This document shows, piece after piece, positions 9,742-19,494 of a DNA stretch of 64,000 bases. This DNA is from Candidatus Dojkabacteria bacterium. Lineage in GTDB: Bacteria > Patescibacteriota > Dojkabacteria > B142 > OLB20. The position numbers and the translations under genes were made by a program. Under the pieces are notes generated by a model, which worked only from the letters and a program-made list of their open reading frames with translations, did no database searches and had not been told where the DNA came from. Positions within the stretch are counted from its first letter, which is position 1. Every line of letters begins with the position of its first letter. Location: contig DAOMOX010000003.1 of assembly GCA_035444565.1 (NCBI GenBank), forward strand, positions 31,488 to 95,487. Reading direction: 5' to 3'.

Positions 9742-11055
9742 ATGTCAAAATTATCCCAAATAGGCTATATTTGTAGCAATTGTGGTTTTGAAACTAGTAG
9801 ATGGCTTGGGCAGTGTCCTCAATGTCTCGAATGGAACAGTTTCGAAGAAAATCTAAACAGTGTTACAGAGACTTTAGTAAAATCCTCGAAGTTAGAAGTA
9901 CTAGAAGCCTCGAAGTTAAAAACGAAGGCTTTAAATCGCCTTAAAACAGGAATCTCTGAATTCGACCGTGTGTTGGGGGGTGGGCTAGTTGACTCTCAAG
10001 TTGTGCTTCTTAGTGGAGAACCTGGCATTGGAAAATCGACAATTTTGTTACAAGTTCTCCAGAGTATTGCGAGTCAGAAAGTCGAATGCCTTTACATTTC
10101 AGCCGAAGAATCTGCCGAACAGGTCGCATTACGATCGAATAGGCTTTTTGATAAAAATGAATTATCCGGTATCAATATCGTCTCCGCAAGTGAAATTGAC
10201 TCAATTATAAATGAAATTGCAAAAAGAAAAATTAGATTTGCTATTTTGGATTCTATTCAGACTGTCTTTTCTACTGATGTTAGGGGATTGCCAGGTGGGA
10301 TGGCGCAAGTAAAAGCTACAGCCTCAAAGATTATTTCTTATGCAAAAGCGAATAACCTAACTTTGGTAATTGTTGGGCAGGTCACAAAAGAAGGGACGGT
10401 CGCGGGTCCTAAGCTTCTGGAGCATTTGGTAGATACAGTAATTGAACTTGAGGGTGATGAGAAAAGAGGATTAAGGGTTATGCGTTGTTTGAAAAACCGC
10501 TATGGTAGCGTAAATGAAGTTGGTCTATTTATGATGGAACAGAAAGGCCTCGTAGAAGTTTCGGACCCTACAAAATTATTTACAACTACTGATGATAACC
10601 AGGAAGTCGAAGGAGTATGTAAAACTGCGATGCTCGAGGGTAATAGGGTGTTAACATTTGAAATTCAAGCGCTTGTGGTCGATTCTGTTTATTCATTACC
10701 AAAAAGGGTAGCCGAGGGAATTGCCAGATCTAGGCTAGAACTTCTAACTGCCATCTTATCTAGACATGGAAGAATAAATCTATCAAACAAAGACATTTAT
10801 GTAAACGTTTCCCAGGGCTTTCGCATTAAGGAACCATCAAGTGATCTGGCGGTTTTGTTAGCAATTTATTCTGCTTCTAAACACATCCCAGTAAATCAGA
10901 AAAGAGTCGCAGTAGGGGAGGTTTCGCTATCGGGAAGTGTTCAGAAACCCCCTAGGTTCAGTATGATTGACAAGGAGATTCAAAGATTAGGCTATCAACT
11001 TTTGTACGATTTCGATAAAAAGCTTCCTCTTTTTAAAGTTTTATCCAAAAAATAG
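9742..11055 (+). CDS. radA: DNA repair protein RadA/Sms
   Basis: CxxC..CxxC zinc finger, GEPGIGKST, KNRYG motif; clpC-radA synteny. Confidence 0.96.
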   Translation: MSKLSQIGYICSNCGFETSRWLGQCPQCLEWNSFEENLNSVTETLVKSSKLEVLEASKLKTKALNRLKTGISEFDRVLGGGLVDSQVVLLSGEPGIGKSTILLQVLQSIASQKVECLYISAEESAEQVALRSNRLFDKNELSGINIVSASEIDSIINEIAKRKIRFAILDSIQTVFSTDVRGLPGGMAQVKATASKIISYAKANNLTLVIVGQVTKEGTVAGPKLLEHLVDTVIELEGDEKRGLRVMRCLKNRYGSVNEVGLFMMEQKGLVEVSDPTKLFTTTDDNQEVEGVCKTAMLEGNRVLTFEIQALVVDSVYSLPKRVAEGIARSRLELLTAILSRHGRINLSNKDIYVNVSQGFRIKEPSSDLAVLLAIYSASKHIPVNQKRVAVGEVSLSGSVQKPPRFSMIDKEIQRLGYQLLYDFDKKLPLFKVLSKK

Positions 11056-11121
11056 TTAGAAATATTCTGGAAAAACTCTGAAGTTTCTAACGATAGTGCT
11101 TCACAAAAGTTAACTATAGGC

Positions 11122-11150
11122 TTGACGGTATATATATTATGGGATATAAT
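11122..11150 (+). promoter_or_regulatory. Sigma70-type promoter (distal, upstream of rho)
   Basis: TTGACG-17 bp-TATAAT. Confidence 0.7.
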
Positions 11151-11372
11151 TTATTAGTTCTTTTATAAGGTTATTTGTAGTCAGGTTCCAGGGTCTGGTT
11201 CGCGTACATTATTCTAGAAAATTTTTAGGATAACAAACTGGGCTCTTGGATCTGATTACAATTCGATACTGCTCTAAGTGAATCGATATTGAATGCTAAT
11301 AGGCAATCATTATCGGGGTCGGTTGGGGCAGTACCGATCCCTTTTCTAAAATCCCGATGTAATAGTATTTTC

Positions 11373-11401
11373 TTGACATTAGATATCCTTGTTTATATAC
11401 T
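11373..11401 (+). promoter_or_regulatory. Sigma70-type promoter (proximal to rho)
   Basis: TTGACA-17 bp-TATACT. Confidence 0.7.
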
Positions 11402-11542
11402 TATAGTCAACGTAACCTCAACAAAATAAATATTTGAAATATTGTTTATAAATTATCCAGATTGAGACCAAAACCAGCTACCCTTAAGCTTCTTGTGATT
11501 TGTAACTGATATTTTTATTATTTAATTAGTTAATATTTACCC

Positions 11543-12814
11543 ATGGACAAAATTGCCAAGGCAATGACCTTAAAAGAGTTAGACGAGAAAACTGTAAAAG
11601 AGCTTAGAAAGATAGCTACATCACTATCTATTGTTGATAATGCCGACTACGGAAAAAGTGATTTAATTATCAAAATTTTAGAAGAACAAACAAAAAGAGG
11701 TGGAAACATTTTTGCGGAAGGTGTGTTAGAAATTATCAATACGGGTGGACATGGAGTACTTAGGTCCTTGAAATTAATGCCTGGTGAGAATGACGTATAT
11801 GTATCAGGCTCACAGATTAAGAGATTTAATCTTAGACAAGGAGACTTTATCTCAGGTCAAGCTAGGGCTCCAAAGGAAGGAGAGAGGTACTTGAGCTTGC
11901 TTAGAATCGAAGCAATCAATAACGAAAGTCCAGATAAAGCATTATCTAGACCGACATTTGAGAAAATGATTCCAATCTTCCCGAACGAACAGATTAGACT
12001 TGAAACAAACCAACATACTCTTTCTACTCGAATTATCGATTTGCTTTCACCAATTGGTAAAGGTCAAAGAGGAATGATCGTTGCACCACCTAAAGTTGGT
12101 AAAACGTGGTTGATGAAAGAAATTGCAGACGGTGTAGCAAAAAATCATCCTGATGTGCATCTTATGATTTTGCTTGTTGGTGAGAGACCTGAAGAGGTTA
12201 CTGACATGGAAAGATCAACAAAAGGAGAAGTTATAGCAGCAAACTTTGATGAAGCACCTGAAATGCATACAAGAATTGCAGAAATGGCTGTATCTAGAGC
12301 TAAAAGGCTTGTAGAGCAAGGAAAGGATGTAATGATCCTTATGGATAGTATTACTAGGTTGGCTAGGGCATACAACATCACAGCACCTCCTTCAGGACGT
12401 ACATTGTCTGGAGGTTTTGATCCAGTTGCAATTTTTCCACCTAAGAAATTCTTTGGTGCTGCGAGAAATTTTGAAGTTGGAGGTAGTTTAACAATTATTG
12501 CAACCGCATTGGTAGAAACAGGAAGTAGAATGGATGAAGTTATTTTCGAGGAATTTAAAGGTACTGGAAATATGGAATTGAAATTAGATAGAAAACTAGC
12601 GCAGAGTAGGATTTATCCTGCTATTGATGTTAAGGCATCTAGTACTAGAAATGAAGATCTTTTACTTTCGACTGATGTTTTGAACTCAAGTTGGAGAGTA
12701 AGAAGGATGTTAGATGTTTTAGGTGATAAAGAATCAGCTAGTCTTCTAATGGAAAGACTTAAAAAAACAAAATCCAATAGCGAATTTCTTGCAACTTTAC
12801 ATGAAGAACTTTAA
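11543..12814 (+). CDS. rho: Transcription termination factor Rho
   Basis: PIGKGQRG.IVAPPKVGKT, DSITRLARAYN, FEEFKGTGNMEL. Confidence 0.98.
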   Translation: MDKIAKAMTLKELDEKTVKELRKIATSLSIVDNADYGKSDLIIKILEEQTKRGGNIFAEGVLEIINTGGHGVLRSLKLMPGENDVYVSGSQIKRFNLRQGDFISGQARAPKEGERYLSLLRIEAINNESPDKALSRPTFEKMIPIFPNEQIRLETNQHTLSTRIIDLLSPIGKGQRGMIVAPPKVGKTWLMKEIADGVAKNHPDVHLMILLVGERPEEVTDMERSTKGEVIAANFDEAPEMHTRIAEMAVSRAKRLVEQGKDVMILMDSITRLARAYNITAPPSGRTLSGGFDPVAIFPPKKFFGAARNFEVGGSLTIIATALVETGSRMDEVIFEEFKGTGNMELKLDRKLAQSRIYPAIDVKASSTRNEDLLLSTDVLNSSWRVRRMLDVLGDKESASLLMERLKKTKSNSEFLATLHEEL

Positions 12815-12855
12815 ATAGTGTAGAATGTTAGAGGATTATCACTTAAATCATTAAA

Positions 12856-14046
12856 ATGACGAATTCAAATTTGAGTTCCGACACATTAAAAGTTTCCAAT
12901 ATCAGGCCTAACTTCTTTAGACATTTGTTTGGTTATTTTAGAACTCGTACAAGACAATTAGTTTTCTTTAGCTATGTCTTCATAATCTATCTGATTGATC
13001 TTGTTTTGGACTTGAAAACATGGTCAATACGTAGAATGTTCTGGGGTAGGAGTTCTTTCTATAGAACAAGTTTCCACTTAACAATCTCTGTTATTACTAT
13101 CGTAGCGCTTATATCTGGAGTATCATCTAGATTAAATATCATTTCAGCTAACGATACTCAGGGTTTAGATTTAACTTCAGGTGTTATTGGAAGGCAAGAT
13201 ATTTTTTCTCAATCAGGTACTGCAGAATCAATTTCTTCTGTATCCGAAGACGAGGTTGATTACAGAATCTTTCGACACAAAGTTCAAGAAGGTGAAACTC
13301 TTTCCCAGATTTCCGAACTTTATGGGATTAGTTCGAACTCCATCCGATGGGCAAACCAACTTACCAGTGATAGCATCAAGGTGGGCCAAGTTGTCCGAAT
13401 TCCAGAAATTGATGGTGCTTTTGTGAAAGTAAAAGCGGGAGATACATTAGAAAGCATTGCTGCTAAGAATAGCGGTAACGTTGCAGACATTTTAGATCTT
13501 AATAGCAACATAATCGATTATCGTAATCCCGTATTAACTGAAGGAATGGAAATATTTATTCCTGGAGGAGAAATTCCATTGCCAACACCTACAAAAAGAC
13601 CGTATGTTTATGCTTATCAACCTCGTGTCAATCCAGCACCTCCAGCAACAACGGTGAACATCCCTAGTGGAAGTTTCGTTCACCCATTATTAAATTGTGG
13701 TGGTTGGAGTTGGAGTAGAGGGTATTCTTCATGGCATAGAGGTGCTGATATGGCTAAGAATGGTGGATGCTGGATAAATGCAGCTGCAAGCGGTACGGTC
13801 ATTAGAGCCCAATGGGGAAGTGGTGGAGAAGGTAATCACGTTGTTATTGATCATGGTAATGGAATTTGGACTAGATACTACCACGGAACGAATAATTACG
13901 CCGTAAGAGTTGGTGATAGAGTTTCCGCTGGACAGAGTATTCTATACATGGGAAATACAGGGTATAGTTTCGGTACTCATCTCCATTTCGAGATAGTCGT
14001 AAACGGCGTAAGAGTAAATCCAGAGTCTTATCTAAGGCTCAGATAA
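12856..14046 (+). CDS. Membrane-anchored LysM + M23 peptidase
   Basis: Two LysM repeats, HRGAD and HLH M23 zinc motifs, N-terminal hydrophobic helices. Confidence 0.9.
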   Translation: MTNSNLSSDTLKVSNIRPNFFRHLFGYFRTRTRQLVFFSYVFIIYLIDLVLDLKTWSIRRMFWGRSSFYRTSFHLTISVITIVALISGVSSRLNIISANDTQGLDLTSGVIGRQDIFSQSGTAESISSVSEDEVDYRIFRHKVQEGETLSQISELYGISSNSIRWANQLTSDSIKVGQVVRIPEIDGAFVKVKAGDTLESIAAKNSGNVADILDLNSNIIDYRNPVLTEGMEIFIPGGEIPLPTPTKRPYVYAYQPRVNPAPPATTVNIPSGSFVHPLLNCGGWSWSRGYSSWHRGADMAKNGGCWINAAASGTVIRAQWGSGGEGNHVVIDHGNGIWTRYYHGTNNYAVRVGDRVSAGQSILYMGNTGYSFGTHLHFEIVVNGVRVNPESYLRLR

Positions 14047-14068
14047 ATGTTATAATCACCTTGAATTT

Positions 14069-14142
14069 GGGCCTGTAGCTCAATTGGTTAGAGCGTTGCT
14101 ATGGCATAGCAAAGGTTGTCGGTTCGATTCCGATCAGGTCCA
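14069..14142 (+). tRNA. tRNA-Ala(GGC), CCA not encoded
   Basis: Cloverleaf, G3:U70 pair, anticodon loop ATGGCAT; TGTTATAAT upstream. Confidence 0.93.
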
Positions 14143-14286
14143 TTGCGTGATAAATTTGCTAAACAAATTTAAGCGCAATGAATTGGCAATCGGTCCCCAT
14201 TGTATCCTCTAAAGAGTTCTAAATAAAAGATATTAATTATTTCGCTTATTAACTAGTGATTTTCAATTAATTATTCAACAATTATT

Positions 14287-14883
14287 ATGGCTAAGGAAAT
14301 AGAAGCAAAATTTCTTAACATAGATAAGACAGAAGTAATATCCAAACTTGAGGCTATAGGTGCTGTAAAAATTCACGATGAAATATTATTAAGGCGATGT
14401 GCCTATAATCTTCCGAATCATATAAAAAATTCATGGGTTAGGATTAGAGATGAGGGAAACAAAGTGACTATGTCTTTTAAGCGAGTAAAAGAGAATTCAA
14501 TTCATGGAATGGAGGAGATTGAAATAATAATCAACGACTTTGAACAAGGGCGTAATTTCTTAAAGGCTATCGGACTTAGAGAGAAGGCATATCAGGAGAC
14601 ATTGAGGATTCGATATGCCATTCCTACTGATAATGTAGAGTTTGACATAGATACTTGGCCAGCCTTGAATCCGTTTATTGAGATTGAGTCGATTGATGAA
14701 TCTACTGTGAAAGGTTATGCGAAGGCTTTGGGATTCAGCTGGGGTGAAAGGATTTTTGGAAGTGTCGATACAGTCTATGTTTCGGAATATAAAATTACAA
14801 AGAACTGGATAATAAATTTATGCCCGACATTAACTTTTAAGGAATTTCCTCCGCAATTATTACCAGATAATAAACGGGATTAA
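14287..14883 (+). CDS. CYTH-domain (class IV adenylate cyclase-like) protein
   Basis: N-terminal EIEAKF, WVRIR, FIEIE motifs. Confidence 0.85.
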   Translation: MAKEIEAKFLNIDKTEVISKLEAIGAVKIHDEILLRRCAYNLPNHIKNSWVRIRDEGNKVTMSFKRVKENSIHGMEEIEIIINDFEQGRNFLKAIGLREKAYQETLRIRYAIPTDNVEFDIDTWPALNPFIEIESIDESTVKGYAKALGFSWGERIFGSVDTVYVSEYKITKNWIINLCPTLTFKEFPPQLLPDNKRD

Positions 14884-15469
14884 AATACTCAGGGTCTATA
14901 AAAGTAACCCACCCTCACGAGAGGGTGGGATTCTAATAGTTACAAGTGCAAGCTTGTTTAATTAGATATGAGGTAAACGGATAAATATGTTAACCGTTTA
15001 AGTAGAGGAGTGAGGAGGATTAAGATTAAAAAATTAATTAACATTTGAAATAGTTAAAAGTGCAAAAAATTAACTTAATAAATCTTTGCAGATACAAAAA
15101 TTTCTGTCAATAAGAAAATTGAAAAATGTAGAAATATTTTATACAGTCTTGATGCTAAACTTGATACAAGATTTTCAAGTCGCCTGGAAGACTGCTAGTA
15201 TTAGGGATAAAGAGGGTGTGGTCTTTGCGGGAATATGCGGGAATAATTTTGTTTGTTAAAGAATAAAATTCTGGCTTTGTATCAAAATATTTCCAATGAT
15301 TGAAATTAGAATTTAATTATTTCTGAACTACACCATTAACACCTCTGGTCATAGTAGTACATTTTGGTTATAAATTTTAACTAACTAATACCAATTAGGT
15401 GTGAATTTTGGTATACTTTTTATCTGTGAAACGTTTGAATCGTAACATTTATATTACTTTGTGGGCAAC

Positions 15470-18025
15470 ATGCGAAATTATAACCATTTAGAACTTGAGG
15501 AGAAGTGGCAGAAGTATTGGCATGAGAATAAGGTGAATAAAATTGACCTAGATGCTTCTAAAAAGCCATTTTATAATTTAATGATGTTTCCATACCCATC
15601 TGCGGAGGGGTTACATATTGGATCTGTCTATACCTTTACTGGGATCGATGTTTATGGTCGATTTAAGGCCATGAGGGGATTTGACGTTTTCGAACCCTTT
15701 GGGCTCGATGGGTTTGGGATTCATAGCGAAAATTACGCATTAAAAATTGGTGAAAATATACGAAAAGTCTCTGCTAGAACAGAAAAACATTACTATGATC
15801 AAATGCTTAGAACAGGTAACATGATTGACTGGGACAGGAAGTTGGAAACCTATGATCCGAATTATTACAAATGGACACAGTGGTTATTCATTCAATTGTT
15901 TAAAGCAGGTCTTGCTTATAGGAAAGAATCGGATGTTAATTGGTGTCCTAGTTGTAAGACAGTTCTATCTGATGAACAAGTGATAGACGGTCATTGTGAA
16001 AGATGTAACACCGAGGTTGTTAAAAAATCAATGAATCAATGGTTTTTCAGGATTACAGATTATGCACCAAGATTATTAAAGAATCTAGATAATATAGATT
16101 GGGTTGATGATGTGAAAACAGGCCAGAGGAATTGGATTGGGAAGAAGTCTGGAATTGAGATTGATTATCCATTATTGGATAAGAGCGGAAAACAAACAGA
16201 GAAAATGCTTACTGTTTTTACTACCAGACCAGACACTAATTTCGGTGCAACTTTTGTGGTTGTATCTCCGGAACATCCGATTTTAGAGGAGATTGTCACT
16301 TCCGAGAATAAAGATGCAGTGGATAAATATGTTAATAATGCTAGAAGTAAAAGTGATTTAGAACGAACAGATTTGGCAAAAGAAAAATCAGGGGTATTTA
16401 CTGGATCATATTGTTATTCGAGGCTTACCAAGAAGAAGTTGCCAATCTGGGTTGCCGATTTTGTACTGATGAACTTTGGTACGGGCGCAGTTGTGGGTGT
16501 ACCAGGACATGACAAAAAAGACTTTGAATTTGCACAAAAATACGGATTGGATATCATACGTGTCGTAACAACGGATGGGGATGAATTGGAGATTAAACTT
16601 ATCGATCAAGTTCAAGAAGAATCTGGAGTTATGATAAATTCCGACTTTTTAAATGGCTTAGAGATTATGGAAGCTAAAGAAAAAATCATGGATGAATTAG
16701 AAAAGAGAAAAGAGGGCAGAAGAACCACAACTTACAGACTACGCGATTGGTGCGTATCTAGGCAGAGATACTGGGGTCCACCTATTCCTATGATTTATTG
16801 TAAGTCTTGTAAAAATAACCAAGAAGGATATTATAAAGAGGAAATGCCGGGTTGGTGGCCAGATGAAAATTTGCCAATTATGCTTCCTGAGATTAAAGAT
16901 CAAAAAGAGACCATACCAGATGATAGTGGTAAAGGAGCGTTGGCAAGATTAAGTCATTTTTACGAAACTGATTGTCCTCATTGTGGTAAGAAGGCAAAGA
17001 GAGAAACAGATGTATCAGATTCATTTGTAGATTCTTCTTGGTATTTCTTGAGATACCCATTTACTGAGTATTCTGAAATCCCATTTGGTGGAAATTTCAT
17101 TAGTGAAAAATCACAATTTAATCCCAAAATTAGCAATCTTGAGCAGGACAAGGCAGTTAAACGTATGAAAAAATGGGGTCCTGTCACTAGTTATATCGGA
17201 GGAAAAGAACATACTGTACTTCACCTATTATATGCGAGATTTATTACTATGGCTTTCTGTGATTTGGGTTATCTCGATTTCGAAGAACCTTTTACTAGAT
17301 TTTATGGACATGGATTAATAACCAAAGATGGAGCCAAAATGAGTAAATCGAAAGGTAACGTTATCAATCCAGATGAGTATTTCGATAAATACGGTGCGGA
17401 TGCGGTTAGGATGTATTTGAGATTTATGGGTCCTTTTGATCAGGGAGGAGATTGGAGTGATACGGGAATGAAAGGGATGTTTAGGTTTATCCATAAATTA
17501 TTTAAAATTTATCAAGATTATCTAGATTCGACTGATAATACAAATGAGCCTTTAAATATCGCAGTCTTAGATAAAACTATTATGAAGGTTACGGAGGACT
17601 TGGAAAATCTTAAGTTCAACACTGCAATCGCAGAATTTATGAAATTAGTAAATTGGTATGTTGATCATGAGGATAAACTAACAAAGAGTCAGAAAAAAGA
17701 AATCCTTGAAACATTACTATTGATGCTTTCACCATTCATTCCACATCTTGCTGAAGAACTGTGGGAGCAAATGGGCAATAAACCAAGTATTCATAAGCAA
17801 GAATGGCCATCGTTCAATAAGGATAACCTCAAAGATGATTTGATTACCATAGCAGTTCAGATTGATGGGAAGACTAGGGGAACGATACAAATAAATCCAG
17901 AAATAAAAGAGTCTGAAATAATGGAAAATTTGTTAAAAGATGAATCATTTAACAAATATATCACAAGTAAACAGCCTAGAAAGTTTATTTATGTAAGAAA
18001 TAAAATAGTTAGTTTGGTAAATTAA
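15470..18025 (+). CDS. leuS: Leucine--tRNA ligase (ATG 15470 preferred over GTG 15461)
   Basis: MFPYPSAEGLHIGS, FTTRPDT editing motif, KMSKS. Confidence 0.97.
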   Translation: MRNYNHLELEEKWQKYWHENKVNKIDLDASKKPFYNLMMFPYPSAEGLHIGSVYTFTGIDVYGRFKAMRGFDVFEPFGLDGFGIHSENYALKIGENIRKVSARTEKHYYDQMLRTGNMIDWDRKLETYDPNYYKWTQWLFIQLFKAGLAYRKESDVNWCPSCKTVLSDEQVIDGHCERCNTEVVKKSMNQWFFRITDYAPRLLKNLDNIDWVDDVKTGQRNWIGKKSGIEIDYPLLDKSGKQTEKMLTVFTTRPDTNFGATFVVVSPEHPILEEIVTSENKDAVDKYVNNARSKSDLERTDLAKEKSGVFTGSYCYSRLTKKKLPIWVADFVLMNFGTGAVVGVPGHDKKDFEFAQKYGLDIIRVVTTDGDELEIKLIDQVQEESGVMINSDFLNGLEIMEAKEKIMDELEKRKEGRRTTTYRLRDWCVSRQRYWGPPIPMIYCKSCKNNQEGYYKEEMPGWWPDENLPIMLPEIKDQKETIPDDSGKGALARLSHFYETDCPHCGKKAKRETDVSDSFVDSSWYFLRYPFTEYSEIPFGGNFISEKSQFNPKISNLEQDKAVKRMKKWGPVTSYIGGKEHTVLHLLYARFITMAFCDLGYLDFEEPFTRFYGHGLITKDGAKMSKSKGNVINPDEYFDKYGADAVRMYLRFMGPFDQGGDWSDTGMKGMFRFIHKLFKIYQDYLDSTDNTNEPLNIAVLDKTIMKVTEDLENLKFNTAIAEFMKLVNWYVDHEDKLTKSQKKEILETLLLMLSPFIPHLAEELWEQMGNKPSIHKQEWPSFNKDNLKDDLITIAVQIDGKTRGTIQINPEIKESEIMENLLKDESFNKYITSKQPRKFIYVRNKIVSLVN

Positions 18026-18051
18026 TAATATATTAGTATTCTATTATAACA

Positions 18052-18837
18052 ATGCCTGGAAGTGATAAAAAAGACATCTTATATATTATATTAACGGTTG
18101 TATTATTTATCGTAATCGGCCTATATCTTGCCTTTACGCAGGGTCAATCCCTTAGCAATGTAGTCCTTATTCCGTTTCGTACAAATAATATTACTCCCAC
18201 CCAAGAAGAAAAATCCGAACAAAAAAATGACGACTCAGAGGATGGCGATGTAGACTATTTTGCTGTTATTGAAACGAATTTAGGAGTACTGGAGGTTGAT
18301 TTACTGGAGGACAATGCTCCTAATTCTGTAGAAAACTTTGTTTATCTCTCGGAGAGTAAATATTACGATGGGACAACATTTCACAGATACGTGCCAGGTT
18401 TTATCCTTCAAGGTGGAAGTAGGAACACTTTGACTCCAGATAAAGGCGATGATAAATTTGGAAATCCTGGTTACACAATCAATGATGAGATTAATTGGGA
18501 CAGTCTAGAACTTACCGATAATCAAAGAACAGAGCTTGAGAAAGAAGGTTATAAGAGTAATCAGGATGTCGAAAGTGTTAAGATTGATAAGTACACTCTT
18601 GTATGGGCTAGTTCGGAAGCGGATTCAAATGGTAGTCAGTTTTTTATCATACTTGGTGATCGAGAAGATGAAAAAGTTCTGAAATTAGACGGTAGACATA
18701 CGGTTTTTGGAAAAGTCACAAAAGGTCAGGATTTGATTGATGAAATTTCGAAGATGAATGTTGATCTGAGTATTCTCGAAGAACCCCGACCTGCAAAAGA
18801 AATCAAAATTAACTCCATTAAAATAGAAAAAAGATAA
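18052..18837 (+). CDS. Membrane-anchored cyclophilin-type peptidyl-prolyl isomerase
   Basis: AP.SVENF, YYDGTTFHR, NGSQFFI, HTVFGKV; N-terminal TM helix. Confidence 0.9.
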   Translation: MPGSDKKDILYIILTVVLFIVIGLYLAFTQGQSLSNVVLIPFRTNNITPTQEEKSEQKNDDSEDGDVDYFAVIETNLGVLEVDLLEDNAPNSVENFVYLSESKYYDGTTFHRYVPGFILQGGSRNTLTPDKGDDKFGNPGYTINDEINWDSLELTDNQRTELEKEGYKSNQDVESVKIDKYTLVWASSEADSNGSQFFIILGDREDEKVLKLDGRHTVFGKVTKGQDLIDEISKMNVDLSILEEPRPAKEIKINSIKIEKR

Positions 18838-18877
18838 TTCCTCATAATTTTTCCAGGAACAGATATTAAAATCTGTT

Positions 18878-19480
18878 ATGGAAATAAAAAATCTTTCAAA
18901 AAAACAAAGAATCATACTGATAGCAATCAGTCTACCTATATTAATTTCTGGATTTTATTTACTTAGTGGTAAAGAGAAGAGTTTAAAACTTCCTATAGAT
19001 GATAAAGGCACATCGATTCAAAACGATAATGATGATTTTTCAGAAGAAAAGTTTCAATACGTCGAAATAACAGGGCAAGTAGCAAGTCCTGGAGTATATC
19101 AAACCACAAAAAGATTGATGGTTATTGAGTTAATACAATTAGCGGGAGGTCTCACAGATTTCGCAGACTTAGAAACAGTTCATAAAGATATTTCACTCTC
19201 AAGTATTGTCGAAGATAGGCAGAAAATCTATATCCCTGCATTACCAGAATTCAAGAATGGATCTCCGAGTTCTGTTGGAATAATTGGTGGCGAAAATGGA
19301 GAAAAGATAAACATTAACACGGCCACACTAGATCAACTTGATGCCTTGCCAGATATTGGGCCTGCAACAGCAAATAAAATCATTGCAGCCAGACCTTATA
19401 AAACCATTGAAGATTTGAAAAATATTGAAGGAATTGGGGACAAAACTTATAACAATTTGATATCACTAATTACTTTATAA
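18878..19480 (+). CDS. comEA: Competence DNA receptor ComEA
   Basis: TM helix, SLBB domain (GQVASPGVY), HhH motifs ININTAT..LPDIGP and IEGIG. Confidence 0.92.
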   Translation: MEIKNLSKKQRIILIAISLPILISGFYLLSGKEKSLKLPIDDKGTSIQNDNDDFSEEKFQYVEITGQVASPGVYQTTKRLMVIELIQLAGGLTDFADLETVHKDISLSSIVEDRQKIYIPALPEFKNGSPSSVGIIGGENGEKININTATLDQLDALPDIGPATANKIIAARPYKTIEDLKNIEGIGDKTYNNLISLITL

Positions 19481-19494
19481 TCGCTGTAAGTAAA

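Noticed and set aside
11179-11200. SRP RNA suggested by GTCAGGT
   Set aside because: The conserved GGAA tetraloop and AGCAG of helix 8 are absent.
15180-15460. T-box riboswitch upstream of leuS
   Set aside because: No GGTGGNACCGCG T-box motif or terminator/antiterminator pair visible.
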